Below are positions 14,192 to 27,647 of a stretch of DNA of 64,000 bases, in pieces. The stretch spans positions 226,548,001-226,612,000 of the forward strand of contig OZ024740.1 in the NCBI GenBank assembly GCA_964016885.1, given 5' to 3'. Within the stretch, counting starts at the first letter, position 1; every line of letters begins with the position of its first letter. The notes under the pieces were generated by a model. That model did no database searches. It was not told the origin of the DNA and saw nothing but the letters and a program-made list of their open reading frames with translations. The position numbers and the translations under genes are program-made. The DNA is from Eledone cirrhosa. Lineage: Eukaryota.

Positions 14192-15120
14192 CACGGCCCT
14201 CAACCAGTCGGGCAATGTGATCAGTGGAAACTCCACCTTGGCGTTCTATAGTGGATTAGTGGAGGAGAAGAGCGACGACATACTTGGAGAAACTCTAGGC
14301 GTCGACGAAAATCAACTAGCCAATCTCTTCGGAAGAACTTTCGTGCCGGGGCCTATGGACAATTTCCAGAAATCCCTGGCCTGGCAGTGCTACCAAGGAG
14401 CTTTGCCAGTTCGGGATAAATTCTACAGGCATGGAGGTGCCATCAGCCGGGTATGTCTGAGATGCACGCAGGGCAACGAAACCATCCTGCACACACTTGT
14501 CCAGTGTCCAAGCATTGCTGACTTGTGGGTTTAAGTTGAACACCTGCTGTTGCGTGTAGGACGGATCTGACTATCAGCTGAGTCCATCGTGAGGATTTCC
14601 CCGTCCTCTTCCTTTAGCCAGGAAGAGCAGGCAATTTTTATCTATCTGGTGGCCATGGCGAAAGAGATAGTATGGTGGACGCGTTTGAAAGGGCTGAAAG
14701 ACAAGCACTTACCTCTTCAGTGATGCCCTGATTAACTTTTTCAAATTTCATTTAAAAAGGAAAATCAGGGTAGAGAGGGAAGTGCTCTCTTCCCAGCTTT
14801 TTGTTGAAAGATGGGTGAGAGAGGCAAGAATGGCCCGTGTGAATGGGCCTACTCTGAGTATGTGCCTGTAAATTAAAGGTGGAAAACTGGGAGAGGGCAC
14901 TTGCCCTGGTGGTCAGGGTCACCGTGGCTTTTTTTAATGGGCTTTCTCCACGAATGTCCCTCAGAAGTCTCCCCTCTATTGGGGAATTTTTCATTGTTTC
15001 TTTTTTTGTTACATCCTCTGTTTTTTTTTGTTTTTTTTACATTCAGAAATACCCATTTGTACCGTCTTGTATTGTCCTTAATGTCTACTTTGTGTAAACC
15101 CTTGTGGTTAATAAAGAAAA
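14192..15120 (+). mobile_element. L1/Tx1-type LINE 3' fragment with zf-RVT zinc knuckle (stops present)
   Basis: KSLAWQCYQGALPVRDKF..CLRCTQGNETILHTLVQCPSIADLW (C-x2-C..ET..H..C..W), followed by a T-rich 3' UTR, AATAAA at ~15110 and a short A tail. Confidence 0.75.
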
Positions 15121-15305
15121 CATTATTACACAAAACTACACAAGTTGCTTTGATCTAATCTCTGTAGGTCACTAACTATTAAAAATTGTCATATTTTTGG
15201 ATGTGCGTCTTAGAAATCTGTCTTTCTATCTCTCCCCATCTTTCCCCCCATCTCTCTCTCCCTATATATATATATATATCATTATTATTATTATTATTAT
15301 TATAA

Positions 15306-15775
15306 AGGTCGTGGATAGGCAGTATCGGTAGAGGGTTGGACACCATGCTTTGACGCATAGAGTTACGGCCCTTGCCATTCTGAGTTCAAATCCCGCCGAG
15401 GTTAACTTTGCCTCTCATCCTTACGGGGTCGATAAAATAAGGTACCAGTAATGCTGGCCTTGAGCCAAAAGTAGAAACAATTATTATTATTATTATTATT
15501 ATTCGGGGTCGATAAAATAAAGTACCAGTAATGTACTGGGTATTTGCTGGCCTTGTGCCAAAAGTAGAAACAATTATTATTATTTTTGGATGTGAGTCTT
15601 AGAAATCTGTCTTTCTATCTCTCCCCATATATATATCTATATATATTATTATTATTATTTCTATTATTTAGGGTGGAGGATTGGCAGTATCGGTAGAGGG
15701 TCGGACGCCATGCTTTAACGCATAGAGTTACGGTACTTGCCATCCTGATTTCAAATCCCGCTGAGGTTAACTTTG

Positions 15776-15826
<51 letters not shown>

Positions 15827-16270
15827 TATTATTATTTCTATTCTATAGGGCGGTGGATTGGCAGTATCGGTAGAGAGTCGGACACCATGCTTTGAAGCAT
15901 AGAGTTACGTCCTTTTATGATCTGAGTTCAAATCCCGCCGAGGTTAACTTTGCCATTCATCCTTACGGGGTCGATAAAATAAAGTACCAGTAATGTACTG
16001 GGTAATTGCTGGCCTTGTGCCTAAAGTAGAAAGAATTATTTAGGCTGGTGGATTGGGGTGGTGGTTTGGCAGTATCGGTAGAAGGTCGGACGCCATGCCT
16101 TGACGCATAGAGTTACGGTCCTTGCCATTCTGAGTTCAAATCCCGCCGAGGTTATCTTTGCCTTTCATCCCTTCGGGGTCGATAAAATAAAGTACCAATA
16201 ATACACTGGGTAATTGCTGGCCTTGTGCCAAATGTAGAAACAATTATTATTATTATTATTATTATTATTA
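15306..16270 (+). mobile_element. Cluster of five complete or partial SINE B copies in tandem
   Basis: Heads at ~15306, 15671, 15848 and 16056, plus a tail-only piece at ~15504, separated by (ATT)n and (TA)n. Confidence 0.85.
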
Positions 16271-16666
16271 TAAATAATTTCTCAATACAGTTGCTCCCTT
16301 CCTAAGGTTTCAAAGCGTACTCTAGCATAGTTCATAGAGACACTACTTATGATAGTGCTTCTTATCTTTCAGGCAAAAATAAGATGGTGGACTTCATATA
16401 ATATATGTGTGTGTATATATATATATATATATGGGGGGGGGGGTTAATTTGCTTGAAGCATTGTAGAGTGTAAAAATTGGTTGTGTTTTTGGAGATGCTA
16501 CAATGCAAGTGAGATTGTAAATATCAAGGAACAAAATTAGATGACAAAAGAAAACAGGCAGAAGTACCAGAGATAATGTTACTTTGGAAATATTTATTAG
16601 TATCTATGTTTTGGATGTACCATCTATTATCAAGAGGGCTGAAGAGAACCTCGGTAATGTCATAGA

Positions 16667-17393
16667 ATATGTACGTCTCTGTGGCTCCTGTTATATAAGT
16701 ATATATGTACGTCTCTGTGGCTCATGTTATATAGGTATATATGTACGTCTCTGTGGCTCATGTTATATAGGTATATATGTACGTCTCTGTGGCTCATGTT
16801 ATATAGGTATATATGTACGTCTCTATGGCTCATGTTATATAGGTATATATGTATGTCTCTGTGGCTCATGTTATATAGGTATATATGTACGTCTCTGTGG
16901 CTCATCTTATATAGGTATATATGTACGTCTCTGTGGCTCATGTTATATAGGTATATATGTACGTCTCTGTGGCGCATGTTATATAGGTATATATGTACGT
17001 CTCTGTGGCTCATGTTATATAGGTATATATGTACGTCTCTGTGGCTCATCTTATATAGGTATATATGTACGTCTCTGTGGCTCATGTTATATAGGTATAT
17101 ATGTACGTCTCTGTGGCTCATGTTATATAGGTATATATGTATGTCTCTGTGGCTCATGTTATATAGGTATATATGTACGTCTCTGTGGCTCATCTTATAT
17201 AGGTATATATGTACGTCTCTGTGGCTCATGTTATATAGGTATATATGTACGTCTCTGTGGCGCATGTTATATAGGTATATATGTACGTCTCTGTGGCTCA
17301 TGTTATATAGGTATATATGTACGTCTCTGTGGCTCATCTTATATAGGTATATATGTACATCTCTGTGGCTCATGTTATATAGGTATATATGTA
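16667..17393. repeat. 36-bp minisatellite, 20 units, with an 8-unit higher-order duplication
   Basis: Unit ATATGTACGTCTCTGTGGCTCATGTTATATAGGTAT. The variant pattern of units 6-11 recurs in units 14-19. Confidence 0.95.
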
Positions 17394-17631
17394 TCATTGA
17401 CTGAGCACACGTGCTTATTCTCCAAAAATATGTTTTCATTCCTTCTTCTCATTCTTTATCTTTCTCTTTCATCTTTCATGTCTTATTCTATCTTCTGATC
17501 AAGGACTAGTGTCTGAAATATAAAAATTCTTTTCCTATTATAGAAGCACTAAACTAATTTATTTCTTCCTTGTACTGTGGTGTTTGCTTCGTTGCTTCTG
17601 TTTATTTTTTGCACACACACACACGTGTGTG

Positions 17632-17730
17632 CAGGGTGTCCCCAAAAATGTATACATACTTTGATTACCTGTACAGGCAATATTTATTAGAATGCTGTTG
17701 AAGTATGTCACATTTTTGGGGGACACTCTG
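17632..17730. mobile_element. Tc1/mariner-type MITE
   Basis: TIRs CAGGGTGTCCCCAAAAATGT and ACATTTTTGGGGGACACTCTG, followed by TA. Confidence 0.7.
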
Positions 17731-18676
17731 TATATATATATATATATACAATTGAGGTGAGATGGTGATGATAATACATTTACAATTTACATAAATACAG
17801 TGTCATAAAATAAATAGTTATGTGTTCAAAAATAGAATTCACAATTGTTATATATATTACGCTAACTTTCAGTTTTGGAAAAAATATATATTTTAACACA
17901 CCATAACATAAAATATACTATTACAGTGACCGAACACTAATGTGATATACAGAAAGAGAGTCAATTGAATCCGAGTATTATATTATTTTAAAAACATACT
18001 GTTAGAAATTAGCTATAAAAATATCTATGAAGAGTTTCCTGATCAAATAGCTCAATTGTAAGGTTTAACTCTCTAAACAAAAAAGATTCTAAAAATCTTG
18101 ATATAAAATTTATATTTGAGTATAGTCATGAAAAAAAAAAATTCAAATAATTGTCAAACAAAAACAAGACAAAGTACTTCGCAACTATTGTTTCTGATGG
18201 TTACATAATGTTGTGTGGATGTAAATATCATTTACAGGTTTATCTCCTGCTTAACTATAAAACAATTATATAGTAAAACAGTAGAATCAATTGAAACAGG
18301 TTGTAACATGACCAAATGTTTATGAAGTTTACTTCACAATTATAATGTCTTGGACTCAATCCTACTGCATGGCATCTTGGCTACATGTCTATTACAATAG
18401 CCACAGATCAATCCAAAACCTGGGAGTAAAATCTGGTAGACAGAAGATGTTTGGAAGCTCATCAAATGAACTATATCTGTAAAGCAAAAGTTGTTATACA
18501 TTGTCATGATAAATCTCCCTAAGAATTACACTAATGCTACATGTGTCTGTAGAATACTGAGCCACGTACATGTTAATTCCATGGGCAGCTTGTTCCATTG
18601 ATAAAAAAACTAGAATATTCATTGACCAAACCAAAAGAGGTCCATTCCATTTCCTTTAATCTAATGATATTATTTC

Positions 18677-18865
18677 TGGATTGGCAGTATCGGTAGAGGG
18701 TTGGACGCCATGCTTTGCAGCAAAGAGTTACGGCCCTTTATAGTCTGAGTTCAAATCCCGCTGAGGTTAACTTTGCCTTTCATCCTTGCAGGGTCGATAA
18801 AATAAAGTACCAGTAATGTACTGGGATAATTGCTGGCCTTGTGCCAAAAAGTAGAAATAATTATT
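18677..18865 (+). mobile_element. SINE family B copy
   Basis: Same head, body and tail as 13180-13362. Confidence 0.85.
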
Positions 18866-20417
18866 TTTAGGTGAGGAAGTGGCAAAGTTGTTAAAATGTA
18901 AAACAAAATGCATTGAGGCATTTGTTCTGTGTCTCTATACTCTGTGTTCAACTCCCACAATGGTCAACTTTGCTTTTAGGATCGATAAAATACAGTACCA
19001 GAATAGTAGAATGACAGAATTGTTAGAGCAGTGGATGAGATGCCTTGTGGTATTTCTTCGGGTACTTTACATTCTGAGCTCAAATCCTATTGTAATCTAC
19101 TTGAGTGGTAGACTTAATCTGTCACTTAGTCTAACACCACCAAGTGGCCATATTTTAATGACACAAATAATTTCGTACCACACCAATGATTCTGCCACTA
19201 CACTGTCTAGTTGTAATAATGGTTTCTTATTTAGGCGCAAGGCCAGAAATGTATGGGGAGAGGAAAGTCAATTAAATCGAATCCAATACTTGACTGGTAC
19301 TTTTTTATCAACCACCGATGGATGAAAAGCAAAACTGAACTCAGTGGGATTTGAACTGAAAATGTAAAGGGGTGTAACTAAAAGCTGCAAAGTATTTTGT
19401 CTGACACTCCAACAATTTTTCAAATCCACCTCCTTTTGATACAATAATAATATTAAAAAATGGACCTTCATTAGTTTCAATAGTGAATGCACAAATCATT
19501 TTGTCAATAGAATGGCCAACCCATTAAATGAACATATAAGTGGCTAAATAGTCTGTAGACATGTGTACCTTTAACATAATTCTCAGGGAGATTCACCATA
19601 ACACAGTGTATGACAAGACTAGCCCTTTGAATTACAGGTACAGTACAGTCTATCTTACAGGCTTCTAAACAGTTTCTGTCTACCCAATTTTACTCAAATT
19701 ACTTTGGTCAGCACAAGTCTAGGATGCTATACAATGAAACCAAACCTAATACCTCATGACAGTGAAGAAGACTTGTTAACCAGTTTGCCATGCCATGTCC
19801 AATATTAATATTAATAATATTAATAATAATAACAACAATAATAATAATAGTAATAATAAGTAATAATAATAATAATAATAACCACCATTACTACAACACT
19901 ATTTAAAAGGCAAGAAAAATCATTTCTTCACTTTATGCCATTTCGTTCCCAATATCGATAAGATACTTCTGAAAAAAGAAAAAAAAGAAATATTTAATTT
20001 AAATGTAAAAAAGATATAACAAAGCAAATAATAATAATAATGATAATAATAGTAATGATGATGATAATAAAAATGATAAAAATGAATTTAAAAAATGAGG
20101 AGAGCACTTAAAATGTAGTTGATTTAACAGACATAAAGAATGTTGAGCAAAGCTGATTATAAATTGATGTTTGAAAGATCAAGCAGAGCCAAACCATAGA
20201 TTTTTATAGAACGAGGAGGAATGGAGGGGGGTAGGGTTAGGATGAGGAATGGTTTGTGACTTATATATAGTGAAGGATTAAAATGATTATAAAGTTAGTT
20301 ATATTGGTTATGTGCCAGACATATAACATGTCATTCATTCAATCTTCTGAATGTTTGAGAATCACCATTGGATAATGATGGTTAATAGTGAGGATGATGA
20401 TGATGATGATGATGATG

Positions 20418-20452
<35 letters not shown>

Positions 20453-21164
20453 TATAATCATCATCATGGAGAATGATGGTAGAGGATGATGATGAAGTTG
20501 ATGATGGAGAAGACTTTGATGATGATGACAGAGACTGATGACAAAAATGATGATTACGTGGTGGAATTTTGATAATGGTTATGATGATGATGATGATCGC
20601 AGTAATCATGATGTTAAAGATGAGTATGGTAATGATACTAAGTGAGAGGAAAAAATCATCAGCAATGTTATTTTAACATGTAATTTTCTGTTTGAACAAT
20701 GTTGGTCAGCCTTAGCTGCCATATGCCATATTATCACTCATCCTAATGCCCTATGATTTTGATTGTAAGGCTTACCACCTCAAAAACAAAAACAAACACT
20801 TACATGTTATTGTCAACATCATTTTACAACTACATTTAATGTTGGCTTGGGTTGGATGGGTTGTCACAGTCTGGAACCTCATCTCGTGTATGCTACTGGT
20901 CCAGTGGTAAGGAACTCTTAGTAGAGCTGGACAGCAGAAGGTCTTCAGAGACGAACCCCATCCCCCTTAAGCAAGTGTTTTGGTCCTTAACTTAATCACC
21001 TGCAAAAGAGATGGAAAGTTGGCTTTATATGTGTTTTCCAGGATATGTTCTGGACCTTTTTCAGCATCTACATGAATGTGCCATTGGGGTCTTCTTGAAT
21101 GCTGACACAACAAAATTCGTGCATCTCAATGCAAAAATCAATAAATTCATGTGCTGGATGGTTT

Positions 21165-21420
21165 GTAGATGAAAAAGTGGATGACTTCTTGTACCTTGGC
21201 AGTTTGATGAACACAAAGCACGATGGGGATACTAGGATAGGCAAGGCATGGAGGGTTCTTAACTCCCTTTCAAAGGTGTTGGTGTCACTGATAACCCCCC
21301 CCCCACCCCCACCCACACACACACACACACACACGCACACACAAAATTGAGGCAATTCAAAGTCCTGGTTGAGTTCATTTTCCTATACAGATGTGAGTCA
21401 TGGACACTGACAAAAATTCG
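21165..21420 (+). mobile_element. RTE-clade LINE RT thumb fragment
   Basis: EKVDDFLYLGS..TRIGKAWRVLNSLSKV..TKLRQFKVLVEFIFLYRCESWTLTK, compared with [19 protein letters not shown] in the intact LINE. Confidence 0.7.
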
Positions 21421-21821
21421 CACAAAGAGGATCCAATAATACAAGAATAAATTCATCCACATATTTAAAGCAGAAACTGCACCCAGAGTAATACAAAAAA
21501 CACAAATATCATATCCTACAAGAACTGAATACATGTGGTTCAGCTTCTCATGTACAATAAACTCACTCATCGCTAGATTACCTTTCAGTACATCAGCTTT
21601 AAGGCATCAAAGCAAAGGAGGTTGAAGTATGTCGTAGAATTTTTTCATTTGTTCTTATCAACAAATTCATCCAAAAACCCTTGAAGATCATTGAAATTAG
21701 AGAAGAAATAGAATTGAAATTTCAGTCCAAACATATCACAAAATTTATAAAAGATATGAGTTTTTTAATGGCAATCCATTTTGTAACTTGAGTGTATTCA
21801 GTTCTTGGAGCATATGATATC

Positions 21822-22038
21822 TGTGGTTGCATATTAATGAGGAGGTTTCTCATTTTTAGTATTTTTTTTATCACATATTCTACATACGAGCTTGGAATTA
21901 GCTGTGATAAATGCTGTATCTTGATATATGAGCTTTTTAATGTCATATCCATTTATTATACCTATTTCCAAGCTCATATTTAGAATATATTATAAAAAAT
22001 ACTAGAATGAAAAACCTTCTCATTAATATGGAACCACA
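21822..22038. repeat. Diverged ~90-bp inverted repeat (foldback/MITE-like)
   Basis: 21822-21913 is the approximate reverse complement of 21950-22038. An outer partial inverted match pairs ~21498-21537 with 21792-21825. Confidence 0.7.
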
Positions 22039-22699
22039 ATCTAACAGAACATACTTCAGACAATCGATATGATGTATGAATTTCAATATAAACATGAAAG
22101 TTGTGAACTTCATGACATAGACGGTTACATCGGTCACACAGGTATGACAATTTCCTGCTGAGTGATCAAGCATTAACCCCTTTCACTACAATATTCTTAT
22201 GAAATACATTGTGTTTGAATTACATTGGAGAATTTGCATGGATTTATTAAAGTTATTAATCATTTTGTTATGAGGATGGCATTTGTAATATAAAGTTATA
22301 TTGGGGAGATTTAATCAGAGGCTGTGTCAAAGAACCAGAGACAGTTTTGGGTGGGTTTGTATCAAAAGGGTTGACAACCCATTACAATAGAGTACAATAA
22401 AATTAGAAAAATGTTAGTTAACAACAATAGAATTCTATACAGAATTCCACAGAAAGTAGGATGTGTATCTATGGAGGCTTTACTAATAGGACAATATGAA
22501 TTTTTAGATACAGTACTCATAAAATTAACTATGAAATCTAAAACTGCAAAATCACTGCCAGTTATCTGCAGAGGAAATAAATTTTACAATCTATACACCA
22601 ATATTGAGTGCTCAATCAGATAATTCTTGAATATTTTTAATACTATGGTATTTTACACACATATTCTAATATATATATATATATATATAGTGTTATGTA

Positions 22700-24310
22700 G
22701 TGTTATTAACGACATCAATGATGCTGGTTTAAAAATCACTTCGGAACACAACATCCAGGACTAAAACGAACCTCTGGACCCTATTTCTCCTCATTTTACC
22801 CTGAAGGATCATGAATCCAATTTTGCTAACAACCCATCTATTTGACTTATTAATCCTACTAATTCTGATTTAGGTAGAATCAGTAAAAGAATTTTAGATA
22901 GGATTCATCATCATCATCATCATTTCATTTTACGTCCGCTTTTCCCTTGCTTGCAAGGGTGGGACAGCAACTGATTCTGGCTTGATTTCTACAGCTGGAT
23001 GCCCTTCCTAACACCAACCTCATTTACAGTGAGTGCTGGGTGCTTTTTTGCCATGGCACCTACACTACCACTTTGCAGTGGAATGATAGGGACCCCAGTC
23101 CCTATCATCTCATTTCTACAGCTGAGTAAACTGGAGCAATGTGAAATAAAGTGTCTTGCTCAGGGAAACAACACATCACCCGGTCTGAGAATTGAACTCA
23201 CAACCTTTCGATTGCAAGGCCAATGCTCAAAACACTAAGCCATGTCCCTCCATACCCGAAATTAGAGGTATGGCCCCTCTAGCCCTGTGGAATAATTCTT
23301 TTGCAGTGATTGATTGGTTCAATGGGTATGCAACAAGGAACATTGCTGTTTTATCCAATTTGACATCAACAACTACTACTCTTCCATCAATTTACCACTT
23401 CTTAGAGCTATTAATTCTGCCAAAACACTCATGGTGGTTAAGGATTTTGAAGTTGATGTCATTTTAAATGCTCATAAGTCAGTGATGAATTTCGATGACT
23501 CCATTTGGCTTAAAAAATCAAATAGTATCCTATTAGACGTGATTATGGGTGCTAGCGATTCAGCTGAGGTCACAGACGACATCGGTCTATTTTTACTATT
23601 TTCAATCAAGAAGGAATTCCCTAATGTAGGTAGAGGCCTGTACCATGATGATGGTCATTTGATATATTATATGGTACACCTCATCATATAATATGGAGGT
23701 GGTCACACCAATAGCAAAATTCTTTCTCTCTTTAATTAAGAAGCATTTCCACTTAGCACACAAATATAATGAAATATTTAATAGAAACACTGTTAAAATA
23801 TCTTACTTAACAACACCAAACTTCACACATAACATCACTGCCTCTAATTTAGCTAAATTAGCTAGCCGTAGTAACACAAACAATCCACTAGCTAGTACTA
23901 ACTGTAATTGTAGGAATCAAGAAGACTGACATCTATCCAGGAAATGCCTATCCAGTAATATAGTTTACAAATGTAAGGTCGACACACCTACATTTAGTGG
24001 GGCCTACATAGGGTTAAATACCTATAGCATCTATACATGCGTCTATACCCATTCTTTTCATAACCCTTTAAGAAGGAACATGACATCACTTTCAGTCTGT
24101 ATCTGGAGATTAAAAGACAACCACACCAGATATAGGTTGCACTTGGAGATCCTAGCTTTAGCTAGATCGTATAATTGAAACAAAAGACCATGTGATCTTT
24201 GCACCACTGAAACCTTGGAAATACTTTACACCAATGAACAAATTTAAACAAAATATCTGAGCCAAGTTCAGCTTGTAAACACAAATTGCATAAAACTTTC
24301 CTGTATTAAA
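22700..24310 (+). mobile_element. Degenerate Penelope-like retroelement (RT plus GIY-YIG), interrupted by a SINE
   Basis: FTLKDH..NPSI*LINPTNSDLGRISKRILDRI; FIQFDINNYYSSI; DVIMGASDSAEV; GLYHDDG; IFNRNTVKISY; CNCRN; AYIG. Multiple stops, frameshifts and a deletion. Confidence 0.85.
22906..23251 (-). mobile_element. SINE family A nested in the PLE RT region
   Basis: Full family A copy. The PLE frame DRI..IPEIR resumes on the other side. Confidence 0.85.
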
Positions 24311-24716
24311 GCCCAACATTATATCGTAACAGATAGTACGGATAATATGCAGATAATATATGTCATGATGTGGGAATGTCTTCACGAACTAACATATCAT
24401 CTTCCTGTTTTCCTTCAGTTGTAACTTTTTCCAAAATATTTACTTCTGCGTCCACAGATTGATATTTTTCAGTTTTTAAAGGAGCGATTCTTTGCTTAAA
24501 CTTTAATCTGTTCTTATAATAAATATTTGCTCTATGAGTTTATATATATATATATATATATATATGTGTATGTATGCATGATCCTTATTGAGCCCTCTTC
24601 GGATTTTATATGTGGCTTTGTGTGTGTATGTGTGCATGCATGTATATAACATTTTTGAATGCATCTTCTCTTTTCATGATATTTGGATTACATTGAGTTC
24701 TTCATACGGATTGGAC

Positions 24717-25051
24717 ATCATCATCATCATTTCATCATTTCATTTTACGTCCACTTTTCCCTGCTTGCAAGGGTGGGACGGGAACTGATTCTGGCTTGAT
24801 TTCTACAGCTGGATGCCCTTCCTAGCACCAACCTCATGTACAGTGAGTGCTGGGTGCTTTTTTGCTGTGGCACCTCCACGACCACTTTGCAGTGGAATGA
24901 TAGGGACCCCAGTCCCTATCATCTCATTTCTACAGCTGAGTAAACTGGAGCAATGTGAAATAAAGTGTCTTGCTCAAGGAAACAACACATCACCCGGTCT
25001 GAGAATTGAACTCACAACCTTTCGATTGCAAGGCCAATGCTCTAACCACTA
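24717..25051 (-). mobile_element. SINE family A copy
   Basis: Near-identical to 10197-10536, with the head slightly truncated. Confidence 0.85.
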
Positions 25052-25148
25052 GCAGACAGATCCATACAATGATCGTGTCTCGAGCTATCTGCCGGTGAAA
25101 CAATTCTAACACACAATAAACTGAGTCCAGACGCATCACTGATTTTTC

Positions 25149-25188
<40 letters not shown>

Positions 25189-25330
25189 TGCACACACACA
25201 CACACATATATATATATCATCATTATCGTCAGATGTTAAAACGATGATGATAATGAATATGCATATACATATGTGTGTGTGTGTGCATATATCTATATAT
25301 ATATATGCACACACACATACACACACACAC

Positions 25331-25410
<80 letters not shown>

Positions 25411-26242
25411 ATATATATATATATATATGCATGCTTGTACGTATATATGTATGTGCTAACATATATACAAAACATTGATCCTAGATACACTAACATAAAT
25501 AATGTAATGAGAGATCAGTGGTCTTCTAAATGTGACAGGTTCGATCCTAGCTTAAAGCAAAATATATACTTAACCTGATCTTTTAGAGGAAATAGGATAT
25601 ACTGCATCACGTCTAAGATTTGTTGCCTAAAGATCTTGGCTGCAGTGAAAACATCTAGAATGTCTTTCATATGCAAGAAATCTTTGTGCTGTAGTAATTC
25701 CTTTTCAGGTAGAATCAGACATCAATGAGAAAAATGTCTGGCATTAAATTTCTTTTTCCTTGTAAGAATATTTCCTATTCCTTCCTACATAGATTATTGC
25801 TTTCATTGCATCCACATAGAATCCCTTTGGTGTTCATGACTCACATCAACAGATAAGACCGTACATATAAACACACACATACAAACACATACACACACAG
25901 ATCAATGAACATATACATATATACACATAAATACAAACACAGAGATGCATACTCATAAACACACACACACACACATTCACATTCATGTATGCAAACTAAT
26001 GCATAAACTCACACAGACACACACACACACACATATATGTCTGTATGTATGATGCTACCAAAATATTTCAGTTTACTAAAGTACAAAAGAAAAATATGTG
26101 AATGCATGTCAGCATGGCTGTGTGTGCATGCGCACGCACAGACACAGACACACACACACACATATGTATATATATTAAGAGAGAGCTCAAGAGAGAGAGA
26201 GTATTAAATATAGATATTGATATTTATACATATCAGTGTATG

Positions 26243-26784
26243 TACGAGGGGGCTTCAAAAAGTTTGTGGAAAAAGTACATAACTAAAATTCATATGCAGG
26301 GATTTTGATCTCAATGCACCTGTACATTTTCGTACTAACATGTCATAACATGTTCTAACATGAACCCTTAAATGTATGCTGCAATGCAGTGGAGCCAGTC
26401 AGAAGTCGACATCTGCTCAAGCAACATGGTCTCCATCAAAACATCAAATTCATGGTGAAGCCAGCAGGGAAAAAGCAGCCAAATCATTGATGTCCTGGAG
26501 CAAGTTTATGAGGACAATACCCCCAAAGAAATCAATAACCTACAAATGGATAAGTAATTTTAAAAGTGGAAGAGATGAGGGTGAAGATGTAAAAAAAAAA
26601 AGCTGTTTTGACATGGTTTAAATCACATGGCTCTCAGTTTTACACAGATTAACTTAGAGGCTGGTATCAACAGTTGCAGAGCTGTACTGACCTAGATGGA
26701 ACATATGTTGAAAAATAAACATCATAACTTAAACCCTTTTTTCCTACTGTCCTTTCGCCACGAACCTTTTGAAGCACCCTCATA
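26243..26784 (+). mobile_element. Internally deleted mariner transposon (Hsmar2/irritans-like)
   Basis: TA-flanked TIRs CGAGGGGGCTTCAAAAAGTTTGTGG and CCACGAACCTTTTGAAGCACCCTCA. Transposase remnants KFMVK..IIDVLEQVYEDNTPKKSITYKWISNFKSGRD and GWYQQLQSCTDLDGTYVEK*. Confidence 0.85.
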
Positions 26785-27419
26785 TATGGAAAGAGAGAGC
26801 TGGTGAATCAGTTTAATTGTTAGAGTGCTGGACAAAATGCTTTACTGTATTTATTTTGGCTCTTTGCATTCTTAGTTCAACTCATGTTGAAGTAATATTT
26901 CCCTTTCATTGTTTTGAGATTGATAAATAAATTGCTATCCAAGAATGGAAGACTGTTTCAAAATCAGGGGGCTAGATTAAGTCCTTTTGAGGTCCTTTTT
27001 GTGACAATGTTTTACAGTTATGTTTTTCTTGCACCACTCCTTTACCTCCATTATGTTCCCTTTTACAACATTCAATAATATGATGTACCTATACCTATTA
27101 TAATCTTTATACATCTAAATATTTATCTTATACCCAACTTAATGTTATGCCTACAACATTAAGTTACAAACCAACCTAATAGAATTACATACAATTAAAA
27201 TTTCTATGGAATTCACAAACTTCATATTATTATGAAATAAGTTCTTGAGTTCAAATCCCACTGAGGTTAACTTTGCCTTTCATCCTTACGGGGTCAATAA
27301 AATAAAGCACCAGTAGTGTACTGAGGTCGATTCAATCGACTTTCCCCTCACCCCTATTACTGGCCTTGTGCCTATACTAGAAATCATTATCATGAAATAA
27401 AAAATAAGGTATGTTGTTA

Positions 27420-27640
27420 ATCTATACTATAATAAGAGCCGTGTCTGTTAGTCCATCATGCTCTCGTTATATATAGAGGGAAATAATACTCCACGTTTCA
27501 CTCACTACACCTCTCCTTTGTTCTAACTAAAATATAATGTGTTAACAAATGAAAAGAAAACAGAGATTTTGGAGGGGCTGTTTGTGTGTGTGTATGTTTC
27601 TGTATGTCCTTCAACATATAGACAATGCAACACAGACTTT
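27420..27640 (+). mobile_element. Possible Helitron 5' end remnant
   Basis: A|TCTATACTATAATAAGAG start followed by a GTTTGTGTGT..TGTCC tract. No 3' CTRR hairpin was identified. Confidence 0.3.
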
Positions 27641-27647
27641 CACTATA

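Noticed and set aside
16667-17393. CRISPR array (36-bp repeat) or Cys-rich repeat protein ORF 16584-17498
   Set aside because: Units are directly adjacent with no unique spacers, there are no cas genes and the context is eukaryotic. The ORFs on both strands arise from the 36-bp period.
22173-22374. piggyBac-like MITE (TTAACCCCTTT...AAAGGGTTGA)
   Set aside because: Only a very short TIR match and an imperfect TTAA, which is not enough to call.
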